Origin: Calditrichia bacterium
Lineage (GTDB): Bacteria > Calditrichota > Calditrichia > JAJRVZ01
Assembly: GCA_963777955.1 (NCBI GenBank)
Contig: CAVZSQ010000022.1
Span: forward strand, 959,021 to 1,023,020
Length of the DNA stretch: 64,000 nt
Direction: 5' to 3'
Shown: piece by piece, positions 8,879-20,420 of the stretch
Layout of the letters: each line of letters opens with the position of its first letter
Numbering within the stretch: position 1 is the first letter of the stretch
Made by a program: the position numbers and the translations under genes
Notes under the pieces: model-generated
Seen by the model: only the letters and a program-made list of their open reading frames with translations
The model's database searches: none
Told to the model about the DNA's origin: nothing

Positions 8879-11800
8879 CTAATCGGTTGCTGCCAGTTCG
8901 CGCATACCCTGAATTTTGATATTCAGCCGGTTTTCCAGGGTAGTGATGTTGGCCAGGTCTTTTTCAGTAACGAAGTGCACATCCAGCAATCCGCCCGCTT
9001 TATAACCGGTACGCTGGAAATTCATTTCATCCAGTGCTAAACTCCACCCTTCCAGCCAGGTCAATAAACCCTGCTGCTGAGTTTTATTACCTTTGAAATT
9101 AATTAACAGATCGATATCGCTGCCGGCCTGGGCAGTAGCATTCTGGGTACTGCCCACGACGTAAATGGCTTTAACTCCGAAGCGTTTTTTATCCAGTTGT
9201 GAGGCAAGTTTTTCGGTCATATTCATCCGCCAGCGCCAGTGTTCTTCTTTGGAGACGATACCGTACAGGGTTACCGGCAATGGTTGGATTCGCAATGCTT
9301 CTTCACGGTTACTGAGCAAGCCCAGGGCCTGGTCCAGATCGGCATTCATCAGAATCTGCAGCACCATACCATTTGTTATCTGGGGAACTTCCAGCACATG
9401 AATAATATGACTGAGATGCTGAAACTGGGGTAGAATCTTGCCCAGTGAATTATGCGACTCGTTCAGAAAGCCGGAATTGAAAATAATTCCTTCATCATCG
9501 GGATAAAGGGGCAGATAGCGGATACCGGCTTCCACCAGGTCCTGGAAAAAGTGAGTTCCAAAAGAAAGATCAGGTACATAATTTCCCTTTTTGCGGGCGA
9601 TCTCGATTAATACCGCGCAATTATTAATCTCTGAATAGGTAACATTAACACCCAGTTTAATATCGCCGCGACTGCCCCAGCGTCCGGGTCCCATCAGGAT
9701 GAATTGCCGCCTGGGTAAAATTTGATTGAGTTTCCCGACCACCCTGCCGATGGTGGCCAGTTCCGGTAATTCGACGATGGCGTTGTATTGCTCCGGATCC
9801 ACATAAACGATATGGCTGATATTGGGTACGGTTCCATTGGATATAAAACGGTTGGCATTGAAAATAATCCGCTCCTGTGGAATATCCACCGGGATCTGGG
9901 AGGGGGCATCATAATGGGAATAACTTTGCGGCCGGCATTGTAACAGATAAAAATCTTCACCGTCTGAAGCAAATTCAATATCTACCGGTGTGGCCAGGGC
10001 ATTCTGCAGGGTTTTCATGATGGTGTACATTTTTTTGACAAAGTCGGTATCATTGCTCAATCCATCAAAAGTCACCACGGCATCGACATTGGAAAAATCC
10101 AGGTTGATGCTGAGCGGTTTACGTAAATGTTTGTCGGCATGCAATGAGATAATTTTTTCAATAGCCGGGTACTGGTTGCCGAATTTTGTCAGCAGTTCAT
10201 CGATGTTGATGGTTTCAAAGCAATTCGCTTTCAGATTAAGCACATCAATTTTGTGCGGAGAATAGCGCAGCCGTTCTTCCAGGCCGACGGTTGCACGCAG
10301 GGCCGGTTGGCCCGGTGCGATCAGGATCGGATAGTCATCGCTGAGCCGGTCCACAGCCCGGGTACCCAGGCCCGGTACCAGGCGGATCAGGCCGTCTTCG
10401 CGTTTGATCCGCGGCGACCAGCAGAATTCATTGTTGCTGAAAGCCACACCGGCATAGGCAGGGAAAAAGTAATCTCCCACAGTCCGGCCGACCACTTGCT
10501 GGATCATGATGCCCATTTCTTCATGGAAATCGGTCAGGCCGCGCTCAGCCCGGTATTGCATTGGATCAGGTCCGAGAGTCGAAGCATAAACTTCGGCGAT
10601 GGCATCTAACAGTGCGTCGAGTCGTTCGTTTTTGGAACCCTGATTGCCCAGGAACAGACTTTTATATTTTCCCGAAAAAGCCGATCCCAGCCGGTCTTCC
10701 AGTAAACTCGAACTGCGCACAATCAGCGGTACTACCCCAAAATCGTCCAGAGCCATGGAAAGTCCCTGTACAATTTCCGGCGGAAAACTGGAGTTTTTGA
10801 ATAACACGATCAACTGCGGATATTCTTTACGGATATCGTCGATCGATTTATATTTCTGATCGGTCATGTCTTCAAGATTATTATAATGCATAAACTGGAT
10901 CATGGTATCGGAGGTGAGATACCAGGTTTTAGGAATTTTGATATCGCGCAGAATATTATCCAGCTTGGCATTTTGTTCCAGAACCCGCCGGGCCAGAAAG
11001 ACACCGGCGCTTTTACCGCCCAGTTTACCATGACTGCCGACCGGACAAACCAGGTGTTGGACCAGTTCATGAAAATCGCTGATCCGGATAAAATTTTTGG
11101 CAATGGTAACAAATTCCAGTTGATCGGTGAAGAAGCGGCGGATCAGGGCTGCCCGCACTCCGATACGGGCCGAAGGGGCCAATTCCAGCCCTTCGGGAGC
11201 GAGTTTGTAATAGCGGCGCAAGGCTTCGCTGACTTCGGGCAGGGAAGAACTGTTACTGGCAGTCGTACGTACCAGGAAATTGGTTTTATCATTCTTGACC
11301 CATTCCTGGATCAGCGCCATTATATCCGCATCGCTGAGGTGGCGTGCAGCGATCTCAAAAACACGCTGGCTGAACAGACTGGAATCCTTGGACATTTGCC
11401 TTCTGCATGGGGGAATTGGTTTCGGACAAAAAGTCCTGCGAGCCATAACGGAGCAAAGGAATAAAATCCTGCAATACTTTTTCGGCATCGACAATTCCCC
11501 GCCAGATCAGGTGATTCAGCATTCTCCGGGATACTCTGGTGAATTCATCCGGATCGGTCCGCTGCAGCAGATCCAGTACCGCCTGCCAGTCGGTCGATCG
11601 GTTCTCGGCGATTACCCGCCTGGTTGAAGCCATTTTATCGTATACCAGTTTCAGTTGCTGAAACATGATATAGTGTCCAACCCGTTTGGCAATCGAATTC
11701 AGTACCCGTCTTTCCTCTTTTAAGAAAGGGGCCTTCATCGGCCACAGGTTTATCATCCAGGTAAAAAATTTTGATCCAGCCAACCACCCTGTCCTGAACG

Positions 11801-12067
11801 GCGATATCTTCGCTGATAAACCAATGGGTTTCCTTGAAGTTTTCTGAAGTGTAGGTAAAATCCTGGTAGACGATCTTGACGCAACTTAGTTCAGGGAATT
11901 GCATGCCCGATGGCAGGATTTTAATTATTTTATTAAAAATATCATCTATACTGGAAGCGGTATTCTGCAGTGCTTCCTCGACAGCATACATGCAGTTTAA
12001 TTCCTTGGCCCTTTCTTCAAGGATATCCAGCAGTTTATCTTTGGATTTGATTAATGGGATCAGGCAT
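8879..12067 (-). CDS. GAF-like + PEP/pyruvate-binding (PEP synthase N-terminal ATP-grasp) + nucleotidyltransferase-domain protein; 3 apparent frameshifts
   Basis: Reconstructed from ATG at 12067 plus ORFs 11635..11991, 11355..11783 and 8879..11494; LGGKSAG, IVRSSSLLED, FSGKYKS, DIEFA, LLQCRPQ; C-terminal GST...SDIDL. Confidence 0.8.
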
Positions 12068-13353
12068 TAGATCCACCCGCGGTCTTTGCAGGCCTGGGCT
12101 ACGCGACTGATGGCGATGACGTAGGCCGCATCACGCATATACAATTTGCGGGATTTGGCCAGGTCGGAAACGGCATGGAACGCTGCGGTCATTACCGTAT
12201 CCAGGCGCTGTAGAACCTCATTTTTTTCCCAGTAGTAATTCATATTGCTCTGCACCTGCTCGAAATAACTGCAGGTCACTCCGCCGGCATTGGCCAGGAA
12301 ATCGGGGATGACAAATATGTTATTTTTTTCCAGGATCTTATCGGCTTCAGGGGTGGTAGGACCATTGGCACCTTCGGCAATAATACGCACTTTTTTATGG
12401 AGCCTACCGACATTTTCACCGGTAATCTGATTTTCAATTGCAGCCGGCATGAGAATATCGACTTCCTGTTCAAGCCAGGCTTCAGCAGGTAAAATTTCAT
12501 AACCCAGTTCCCTGGCTTTGGTTTTATTGATCCCGCCAAAGCGGTCGGTAATTCCACGCAACTCGTCCAGTTTAATTCCGCTTTTGCGGCGGTAGGTATA
12601 GGAGGTCTGGTCGGTCTGATCCCAGCAGGCCACACATAACGTATTGCCCCCCAATTTTTCGAATAATTCGATGGCATACTGGGCCACATTACCGAATCCC
12701 TGCACGCTGGCAGTGGTGTTTTCCGGTTTTATACCCATATTTTTGAGGGCTTCCCGTAATGTAAAGACCAGACCATAACCGGTGGCTTCGGTGCGGCCTT
12801 GCGAACCACCCATTCCTACCGGTTTTCCGGTGATCAGACCCGGATATTTAGCACCGTGGATTATTTCATACTCATCGAGCATCCATAACATATGCTGGGC
12901 ATTGGTCATCACATCCGGCGCAGGCACATCCTGTAAAGGACCCACATTGCGGGCCAGTTGACGAATCCAACCGCGGCAAATCAATTCCTGTTCACGTTGA
13001 CTGAGATTATGGGGATCACAGATCACGCCCCCTTTTCCGCCGCCGAGAGGGATATCTACTACGGCACATTTCCAGGTCATCCAGGTGGCCAGGGCGCGAA
13101 CTGTATCAATCGTTTCATGAGGATGGAAACGGATACCCCCTTTACTGGGGCCCCGGGCATCATTATGCTGGACCCGGAATCCGCGGAAGACCTTGACTTT
13201 GCCGTCATCCATCCGTACCGGTATGGAAAATTGAAATTCACGCATCGGATTGCGCAACAATTCTCTGGCTGCAGGATCAAGGTTTATCTGATCAGCTACT
13301 TTATCAAACTGAGCCTGAGCCATTTCAAAAGGATTAAAAGACTTTCCTTGCAT
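12067..13353 (-). CDS. gdhA: Glu/Leu/Phe/Val dehydrogenase, probably glutamate dehydrogenase
   Basis: KGGIRFHP, GGGKGG, DVPAPD, GRTEATG, GFGNV, EGANGP, NAGGV. Confidence 0.9.
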   Translation of the reverse strand: MQGKSFNPFEMAQAQFDKVADQINLDPAARELLRNPMREFQFSIPVRMDDGKVKVFRGFRVQHNDARGPSKGGIRFHPHETIDTVRALATWMTWKCAVVDIPLGGGKGGVICDPHNLSQREQELICRGWIRQLARNVGPLQDVPAPDVMTNAQHMLWMLDEYEIIHGAKYPGLITGKPVGMGGSQGRTEATGYGLVFTLREALKNMGIKPENTTASVQGFGNVAQYAIELFEKLGGNTLCVACWDQTDQTSYTYRRKSGIKLDELRGITDRFGGINKTKARELGYEILPAEAWLEQEVDILMPAAIENQITGENVGRLHKKVRIIAEGANGPTTPEADKILEKNNIFVIPDFLANAGGVTCSYFEQVQSNMNYYWEKNEVLQRLDTVMTAAFHAVSDLAKSRKLYMRDAAYVIAISRVAQACKDRGWI

Positions 13354-13443
13354 ATCAAAATATCCTTTCTACTCTATTATAGAGATAACTTTATTTATAG
13401 CCTAAATGTAAAAAATAAAATCAAATTACTCAAAGGGTCTTTT

Positions 13444-13531
13444 GACTCATCCCCCAATTACCTATCCCCCATCCCCCTTCCCTTATGTATAAGGGAAGGG
13501 GGTTAAGGGAAGGGGACCGGGGGAATGGGTC
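13444..13531. repeat. Long purine/pyrimidine hairpin (REP-like)
   Basis: CCCCCTTCCCTT-ATGTAT-AAGGGAAGGGGG core with outer GACTCATCCCCC...GGGGGAATGGGTC arms. Confidence 0.65.
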
Positions 13532-13616
13532 ATGGTTATTTCTTAAAAAAATGTAGAATTAGTAAAAAAAAATTGCGAAATTGACCAAAATTTTATCAAC
13601 CGAAGGGATTTACTAA

Positions 13617-14201
13617 ATGACCTATACTACCTATGCCGATATTTTTCGTCCAGGTGTGACGAGGAATGCACCCGTTGCCCGCATTTATGATTTTGTTCTA
13701 ATCGTTGCTGCCTCAGTTTTTATCGCCCTGTGTGCTCAGATTGCTATCCCGCTGCCCTATAGTCCGGTCCCGATTACCGGCCAGACCCTGGCAGTATTAT
13801 TGACCGGTATTTTACTCGGCAGCAAGCGGGGAAGTGCAGCCGTTGTGGCCTACTGTGCCGAAGGTGCAGCAGGGCTCCCGGTATTTGCCGGCGGCGGTTT
13901 TGGAATACAACATTTTATCGGACCGACCGGTGGATATTTAGCCGGATTCATACTGGCTGCTTATGCCTGCGGTTATCTGGCAGAGAGAGGCTGGGATCGT
14001 ACTTTCATACTGACCTTACTTACCATGATCACCGGTAAAGTGATTATATATACCTGCGGCTTGCTCTGGTTGGCAAAATGGGTGGGATTTAATCAGGTAC
14101 TGATCATGGGTTTATATCCGTTCATACCCGGAATGTTGATAAAAATTGCCTTGGCCACCGTATTGTTGCCGCTGGGCTGGAAGTTTTTGGGTGTAAAATA
14201 A
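13617..14201 (+). CDS. bioY: Biotin transporter BioY
   Basis: PVPITGQT, GLPVFAG, GPTGGYLAGF. Confidence 0.9.
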   Translation: MTYTTYADIFRPGVTRNAPVARIYDFVLIVAASVFIALCAQIAIPLPYSPVPITGQTLAVLLTGILLGSKRGSAAVVAYCAEGAAGLPVFAGGGFGIQHFIGPTGGYLAGFILAAYACGYLAERGWDRTFILTLLTMITGKVIIYTCGLLWLAKWVGFNQVLIMGLYPFIPGMLIKIALATVLLPLGWKFLGVK

Positions 14202-14286
14202 CCACCTCCGAGGTTGATTTCTCACCTTCGAGGTCACTCTTAATATTTCGTCACAGATGTTGCTACCAGAACCTCGGAGGTGGTTA
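14199..14286. repeat. REP doublet (ACCTCCGAGGT family) between convergent genes
   Basis: 17-bp perfect inverted repeat TAACCACCTCCGAGGTT/AACCTCGGAGGTGGTTA with an internal CACCTTCGAGGT copy. Confidence 0.8.
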
Positions 14287-14292
14287 ATATCA

Positions 14293-15099
14293 TCACAGAA
14301 AGAATTTTACCGCTTTATACCCCATAAAAATACCAAGCAGGATCAAGGCGAAACCCAGCGATTTTATAATACCCTGAAGAACAGCAAGATTCAATTTAGC
14401 CCGGTGCTTAACCAGGAAACGTGCATAACCGGAAAGATACACCAAACTGCCCAGAGAAACAGCCAGAGCAAACGTGGCGCTTAAACTCAGTTTGGATAGA
14501 TTGGAAATATTGTCATCCTTATTGGCGGATTCCACTTCCGGCTGGACCGGAGTTTGAACCTTATCCTCGGAATAGGTTTCTTCCATCTTTTCTAATTCTT
14601 TCACTGTCGCCCCCAACCGTTTATCGAATCCGGAAGTGGACAGGCCCAGAGATGAAAGCGAAGAAAGAATTAAAAAACTGGTAATCAACCAGCTGAACAT
14701 TACGGATGGATTGGTAAGATTAATCAGCAGACCGGTACGCAAGCCGCCTTTATTTTTTAATTTATCGGATACAATACCACTGTCATCCACATGGCTGATA
14801 TCCAGTTTGGTGTAAATAATTTTAACTCCGGTAACCAGCAGTACGATCGTTCCGATAATCAATAAATAAGGGATGAAAGGTTGATAGAATGCAAAGAGGG
14901 CTGACACACCATAGACCACGATAAATACATAGAAAAACTCACTGATCGCTGCCCCTAATGCTGTGCGGGTACAAAAACGCAATCGTCCGCGCAGGGCATT
15001 GGAAGTGATCAGGATTCCGATCGGTCCGACAATCGGCATGGAAAGAACAAAGCCGGCCAGAAAACCGGCAATGGAAAAAATAAAATAACTCAACCACAT
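14293..15099 (-). CDS. LysE-family transporter
   Basis: SMPIVGPIGILI N-terminal motif; GLLINLTNPS; hydrophobic helices with a polar insert. Confidence 0.75.
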   Translation of the reverse strand: MWLSYFIFSIAGFLAGFVLSMPIVGPIGILITSNALRGRLRFCTRTALGAAISEFFYVFIVVYGVSALFAFYQPFIPYLLIIGTIVLLVTGVKIIYTKLDISHVDDSGIVSDKLKNKGGLRTGLLINLTNPSVMFSWLITSFLILSSLSSLGLSTSGFDKRLGATVKELEKMEETYSEDKVQTPVQPEVESANKDDNISNLSKLSLSATFALAVSLGSLVYLSGYARFLVKHRAKLNLAVLQGIIKSLGFALILLGIFMGYKAVKFFL

Positions 15100-15277
15100 C
15101 TTTAGCTGAAATATACTCTTATTTTATACGCATTATATGACTATATTTAAATATAATATTTCTGATAAGAAAAGTCATTAAAGATAATTTATATTTTTAA
15201 TTCAGTTTGATTATTAGTACTATATTTTAGATGAATATAAATTGAAGGCATATTGATTTTATTGCGGAGAAGAGGAG

Positions 15278-16285
15278 ATGGCCAAAAAAATATATCTACC
15301 GCCGATTTTAAGTTACCTGATCGGCGCAGCCTGTGTGGTGCTCATCATCGCCGGTTTTAAACTGGCGGCACCGCTGGTAAACCTGATCCTGATTTCCCTG
15401 CTGCTGGCTTTTTCGATCAGCCCTATCCAGAATTGGCTGATTAAAAAGCGATTCCCCAAAGGCCTGGCGGTATTTCTAACGGTTCTGCTGATACTGATCG
15501 GCGGATCAGGGCTGATCTCGATACTGGCCGTTTCTGTAGCGGGACTGATTGATAGATTGCCAAGTTATGAAGCCAGTCTGACCAGTTTATGGAATACCAT
15601 CAATTCTTTTTTCAGCAGCCAGGGCATAAATATTTCCGGTTTATTGTCCCTGCAGGAATTCGAACCAAAGCAGGTGATTGCCTTTGCCGGCAATCTACTG
15701 GGAGTTATACTGCAGGGATTAAGTAATAGTTTTCTGGTGGTGATTGTCATAGTATTTGTATTGATTGAACTGGCAGCACTGCAGTTCCGTAATTTTAAAG
15801 GCAAAACTCCAAGTACTGAATTTCAGGACCGGATAAATCAAGCCGTGGGTGATGTGGGTAAATATATCTCCATCACCGGCTGGAATGGATTTTTGAATGC
15901 CATGGTGAATTATATTTATCTGCTGATCCTGGGTGTCGATTTTGCCCTGACCTGGGCCGTAATCAGTTTTCTGTTTAATTTTATTCCAAATATCGGATTT
16001 GTCATGGCCGTGATCGCTCCGGCGACGATTGCCCTGCTTGAATATGGCTGGCTGCGGGCCTTACTTGTCGTTGCCGGTTATGTTCTGTTTAATTTCATTG
16101 CTGAAAACGTTTTCAAACCGCGGACCATGAAGGCAGGTCTGGATATATCTCCCCTGATGACAGTACTATCGGTGGTATTCTGGAGTTGGGTTCTGGGTGC
16201 TGCCGGTACTATTCTCGCCGTGCCGCTGACCATCACTTTGCAGAAACTGGTCAAAGAACAAATGAGTCAAAGTGAAGCAGCCTGA
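15278..16285 (+). CDS. AI-2E family transporter
   Basis: FLFNFIPNIG, ENVFKP, WVLGAAGTILAVPLT. Confidence 0.9.
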   Translation: MAKKIYLPPILSYLIGAACVVLIIAGFKLAAPLVNLILISLLLAFSISPIQNWLIKKRFPKGLAVFLTVLLILIGGSGLISILAVSVAGLIDRLPSYEASLTSLWNTINSFFSSQGINISGLLSLQEFEPKQVIAFAGNLLGVILQGLSNSFLVVIVIVFVLIELAALQFRNFKGKTPSTEFQDRINQAVGDVGKYISITGWNGFLNAMVNYIYLLILGVDFALTWAVISFLFNFIPNIGFVMAVIAPATIALLEYGWLRALLVVAGYVLFNFIAENVFKPRTMKAGLDISPLMTVLSVVFWSWVLGAAGTILAVPLTITLQKLVKEQMSQSEAA

Positions 16286-16320
16286 GTCAGGAAAGACCGG
16301 GCGCTGGTACGATTTTATAA

Positions 16321-18292
16321 ATGAAAGTATTATACAACACACCCGCCATACTTCTGCTGATCCTGATCAATATCAGCACTGTAACTTTGGTACGGGCACA
16401 GGAACACATAGGCCGGATCCAACGGGCCGATACGGTCCGGGTTCAGGCAGGAAGTATCATCTGGATTGCCGATTCTACTTTTATGGTGCTGAAAGACACG
16501 ACGCTGGTATTTCCGTATACCAAGGTCTACCGGATTGAAACGAGTCCTTACGCCAGGTCTGATTCTTTTTATAAATCGATTCGCACACGGGCGGATAAAA
16601 ATTTTTTTACCAGAACACTGGGTGACCTGGTTCTGATCCCGGATGACCGGCGCCGGCGTCAAAGATCTGCGCCGTACAGATACCGTGGATTTTCGCACCA
16701 GTGTGGAATATTTTATACCCTATACCGGTAAACGTCTGTCCCAAATCAGGTTTAAACAGGTCGATATTCTAGCCGGTTCGGTCTGGGATACCTCACTCGT
16801 CTCCGGTTCATTTGTAAGTAATACTCTTAATGCTCTGCATACTAAAACCAGGGACCAGGTTGTCGCCGATAACCTGCTTTTTCAATCAGGCGATTCTCTC
16901 CAGCCAAACGATCTGGCCGATACGGAACGGATCCTGCGTGCGTTGCCTTCAATCGAGGATGCGAGGATATATGTATCACCTGCTGCCCGGGATTCGGATG
17001 CCGTCGATCTGCTGATCGTGACCCAGGACCGTTTTTCCTGGGGACTGGGGATGACAGTGCTGACAGCCGACAAGTACAGGTTGCGTTTAATCAACCGCAA
17101 TGTGCTGGGCTGGGGCGCAGAATTAAATTATGCAATGCTGTATGACCGGCAGGCACATCCGCTGCTGGCCCATGATTTCAAGTACAATGTATATAATATC
17201 AGGGGTAGTTTTATTTCCAGCGTGTTTAACTATATTTATTCGCAAAAAAGGCAGTCGTTCTGGCTGTCTTTTAACCGTCCATTCATCTCGCCGCATATTT
17301 CCTACATCGGCAGTCTGGATCTGGGCAGTGTCAGAAATTTAATGACTTTTAATAACGAGGGGATCAGTATCAGTGAGTATGTTAAAGTATTTAATCAGGA
17401 CCTCTGGATCGGTCGGATTTTTACACTTGGTAAACCACAGGAACGTAACAACCTGATTCTTTCCGGCCGGGTAAGCCGGACCCGTTTCAGTGAACGCCCC
17501 GGGATAGAGGTTGTGAATACTTATCTATATAATAATACCTTGCTGCTCGGCCGCCTCTCCCTGGCTCAGATCAAGTATTTTAAAAGCAGGATGATCTATT
17601 CTTTCGGCCGGACAGAAGACGTGCCCTATGGTCTGCTGATCCAGGGTACTTCGGGATATGAAGTCGGTGAATTGCAGAACAGATACTACTTCGGTTCCGA
17701 CTTTTCCTGGGCCAACACTATAGGTCATTTGGGCTACCTGGGACTATCTGCAGAATTTGGTATCTTCAGGCATGCAAAAGATTTTGAACAGGGGGTACTT
17801 AACCTGCAGCTGCTGTATTTCAGTCCCCTGCTGGAATTGCGCCGTTTTAACATCCGCCAGATAATTAAAATGGCTTTTACTAATGGGATCAATCGTTCAA
17901 CCCTTGAAACAATCAATCTTAAAGATAAGTTGAAAGGCTTTTCCAAAAGCGAACCGGCCGGAAGAGGCAATTTGATCGTAAATCTTGAAACAGTAACATT
18001 TGCTCCCTGGTATTTCTATGGTTTTAAATTTGCCTTGTTTACCTACGCTGATTTTGCATTATTGTCAGAACGATCGGTTTTTACTTCCCGGACTGAACTC
18101 TATTCAACGGTTGGTCTGGGCTGCCGTTTCAAAAATGAAAGTTTGGTTTTTAAAACCTTGAACTTGCGGATTGGTTATTTTATTCGTAATCCCCTGGGCT
18201 CAGGGCCATGGGGTTTTGAGATCAGCGATGATGGATCAGAAATTTCCCAGGGATTACTGGGATTAAAACCGGCCGTCCCGCAGTATAAATGA
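16321..18292 (+). CDS. BamA/TamA-like outer-membrane protein (frameshift near 16650)
   Basis: Signal peptide in 16321..16731; POTRA-like DTERILRALPSIEDARI then beta-barrel strands in 16643..18292. Confidence 0.7.
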
Positions 18293-18313
18293 GCAGAAGC
18301 GTGGAGAATCCGG

Positions 18314-18769
18314 ATGAAAAATTTAAAAATACTCCTGACAGTCATATTGACCTCAGCAGGCCTGGGTGTGCTTTTTGCCCAGGATGGAAGTGAACCTGCC
18401 CTGCCCAGGGGCGATCTATACGTAGTAATAACTGGCTATCCAAGCACACAGGGGACGATAAAGATTGCGCTCTTTGGTTCCGAAAGGAGTTATCAATCCA
18501 ACATTTCTCCCCTGCGGGGTGACTCGGTACAGGTTGAAGCGCAGCGGACATTGGTTCCATTCGAAGATATATCATATGGTGATTACGCTGTCAAGGTATA
18601 TCACGATCAGAATAACGACGGGAAATTAAATACTAATTTTATGGGTAGGCCTACGGAATTTTATGGTTTTTCCAATAATGTCCGCGGGATATTTGGCCCC
18701 GCTTCCTGGTCGGCCGCAAAATTCAAATTTGCGGCAGTGAGAGACAGTATTCATATTGTTTTAAAATAA
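18314..18769 (+). CDS. DUF2141 domain protein
   Basis: YAVKVYHDQNNDGKLNTNFMGRPTEFYGFSNN. Confidence 0.85.
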   Translation: MKNLKILLTVILTSAGLGVLFAQDGSEPALPRGDLYVVITGYPSTQGTIKIALFGSERSYQSNISPLRGDSVQVEAQRTLVPFEDISYGDYAVKVYHDQNNDGKLNTNFMGRPTEFYGFSNNVRGIFGPASWSAAKFKFAAVRDSIHIVLK

Positions 18770-18781
18770 GGGTAAAATCTG

Positions 18782-20381
18782 ATGAATCCGCAGCAGAATT
18801 ATGATGTTATCGTTATCGGTTCCGGGATAGGTGGATTGACCTGTGCCAGTATCCTGGCCCAAATCGGGGGGAAAAAGGTACTGGTTATAGAGAGACATTC
18901 CAAAGCCGGAGGATTTACCCATACCTTTAAACGTGAGACGAAATACGAATGGGATGTGGGCTTGCATTATGTGGGGCAAATGCAAAAAGGTTCTCCCGTC
19001 CGAGCTCTATTTGATCTGATCACTTCCGGCCAGGTGAAATGGAACCGCATGCCGGATCCGTATGATGTTTTTATTTATCCTGATTTCAAGTTCGGGGCCC
19101 GTTCCGGCCGGACTAATCTAGAACAGGACCTGGTAGCCCGTTTTCCGCAGGAAGAACAGGCCATAAAAAAATATTTTAATGATCTGAACAGGCTGAGTGC
19201 CTGGTCGTCCCGTTTTGTGCTTGGCGAGCACCCTGCCCGGTTGGCTGCATTTTATTTCTCCTGTGTTTACTGCCAGAGGATCAGATCTGGCAGCACAAAC
19301 GACGGGTGAGTACCTGCTGCGCAACATCAATGATCCGCACCTGCGGGCGGTCCTGGTCTCACAATGGGGAGATTATGGCTTACCGCCGGTCAGCAGTTCA
19401 CTGGTAGTTCATGCTGCAATTGTCAATCATTATCTGGATGGCGGTTATTATCCGGCCGGAGGCTCAAAAACGATTGCCGATTCAATTATTCCGGTTATTG
19501 AACAGGCCGGCGGCCGGGTGCTGCTCAATCATCAGGTGACCGGAATTCTGATTCAAGACAAGCGGGCAACAGGTGTTACTGCTATAAAGAGAAAAAGTGA
19601 TGACAGCACTGAGCAAATATTTTTGGCCGCACAGGTGGTTTCGGATGCAGGAGCCTGGATAACCTATGGACAACTTCTGCCTGATAGATATCAACATCCC
19701 TTCGTTAAACAGGTGAAGAATTATCCGGGAGGTGTTGCCAATGTCACTTTGTATGTCGGATTCAAAGAGGATCCGCGCGGGATTTTACCTGTTCAGGGTG
19801 AAAATTATTGGATTTATGATGGATACGATCATGATGATTTGTACGAGCGGCGGAATGCATTACTAAAGGGGGAAGCCCGGGCGGCATTTCTTTCATTTCC
19901 TTCACTGAAAAGGGGGGAGGTACAAAGCCATACTGCTGAAATTATGTCCTTTGTGGATTATGAACCGTTTAAACGCTGGGCCGACCAGCCGTTAAAAAAA
20001 CGGGATCAGGAGTATCAGCAACTTAAAGAGAAAATATCACAGGCGCTGCTCGACCTGGTAGAAAAACACCTGTCGGGATTTAAGCAGCAGGTGGCTTACT
20101 ATGAGTTATCCACTCCTTTAAGTACCGAGTATTATACCGGTTTTCCCGAAGGTAATATTTACGGCATCCCGGCCACACCGTCCAGGTATAGGCAGAAATG
20201 GATCGGCCCGCGGACACCGTTAAAAGGATTATTTCTGACCGGTACGGATGCTGTGGGACACGGGATTGTCGGAGCCCTGCTGGGTGGGGTGGTGACAGCA
20301 GCGTTGATACTGGGTCTGCCATGGAGTATGATCAAGATATTCAGAACTGCTCTCAAATACAGCAAGAATTTACCGGAATGA
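18782..20381 (+). CDS. Phytoene desaturase/retinol saturase-like FAD oxidoreductase (frameshift near 19225)
   Basis: GSGIGGL, WDVGLHYVG, YYPAGGS, STPLS, LFLTGTD. Confidence 0.8.
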
Positions 20382-20420
20382 ACCTGCAATAGTACCAGGG
20401 CAGTCAAAAGGAAAGGGGAT

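Noticed and set aside
8879..11494. Canonical PEP synthase (ppsA) call
   Set aside because: No recognisable C-terminal pyruvate-binding barrel; extra N-terminal sensor-like and C-terminal NTase domains.
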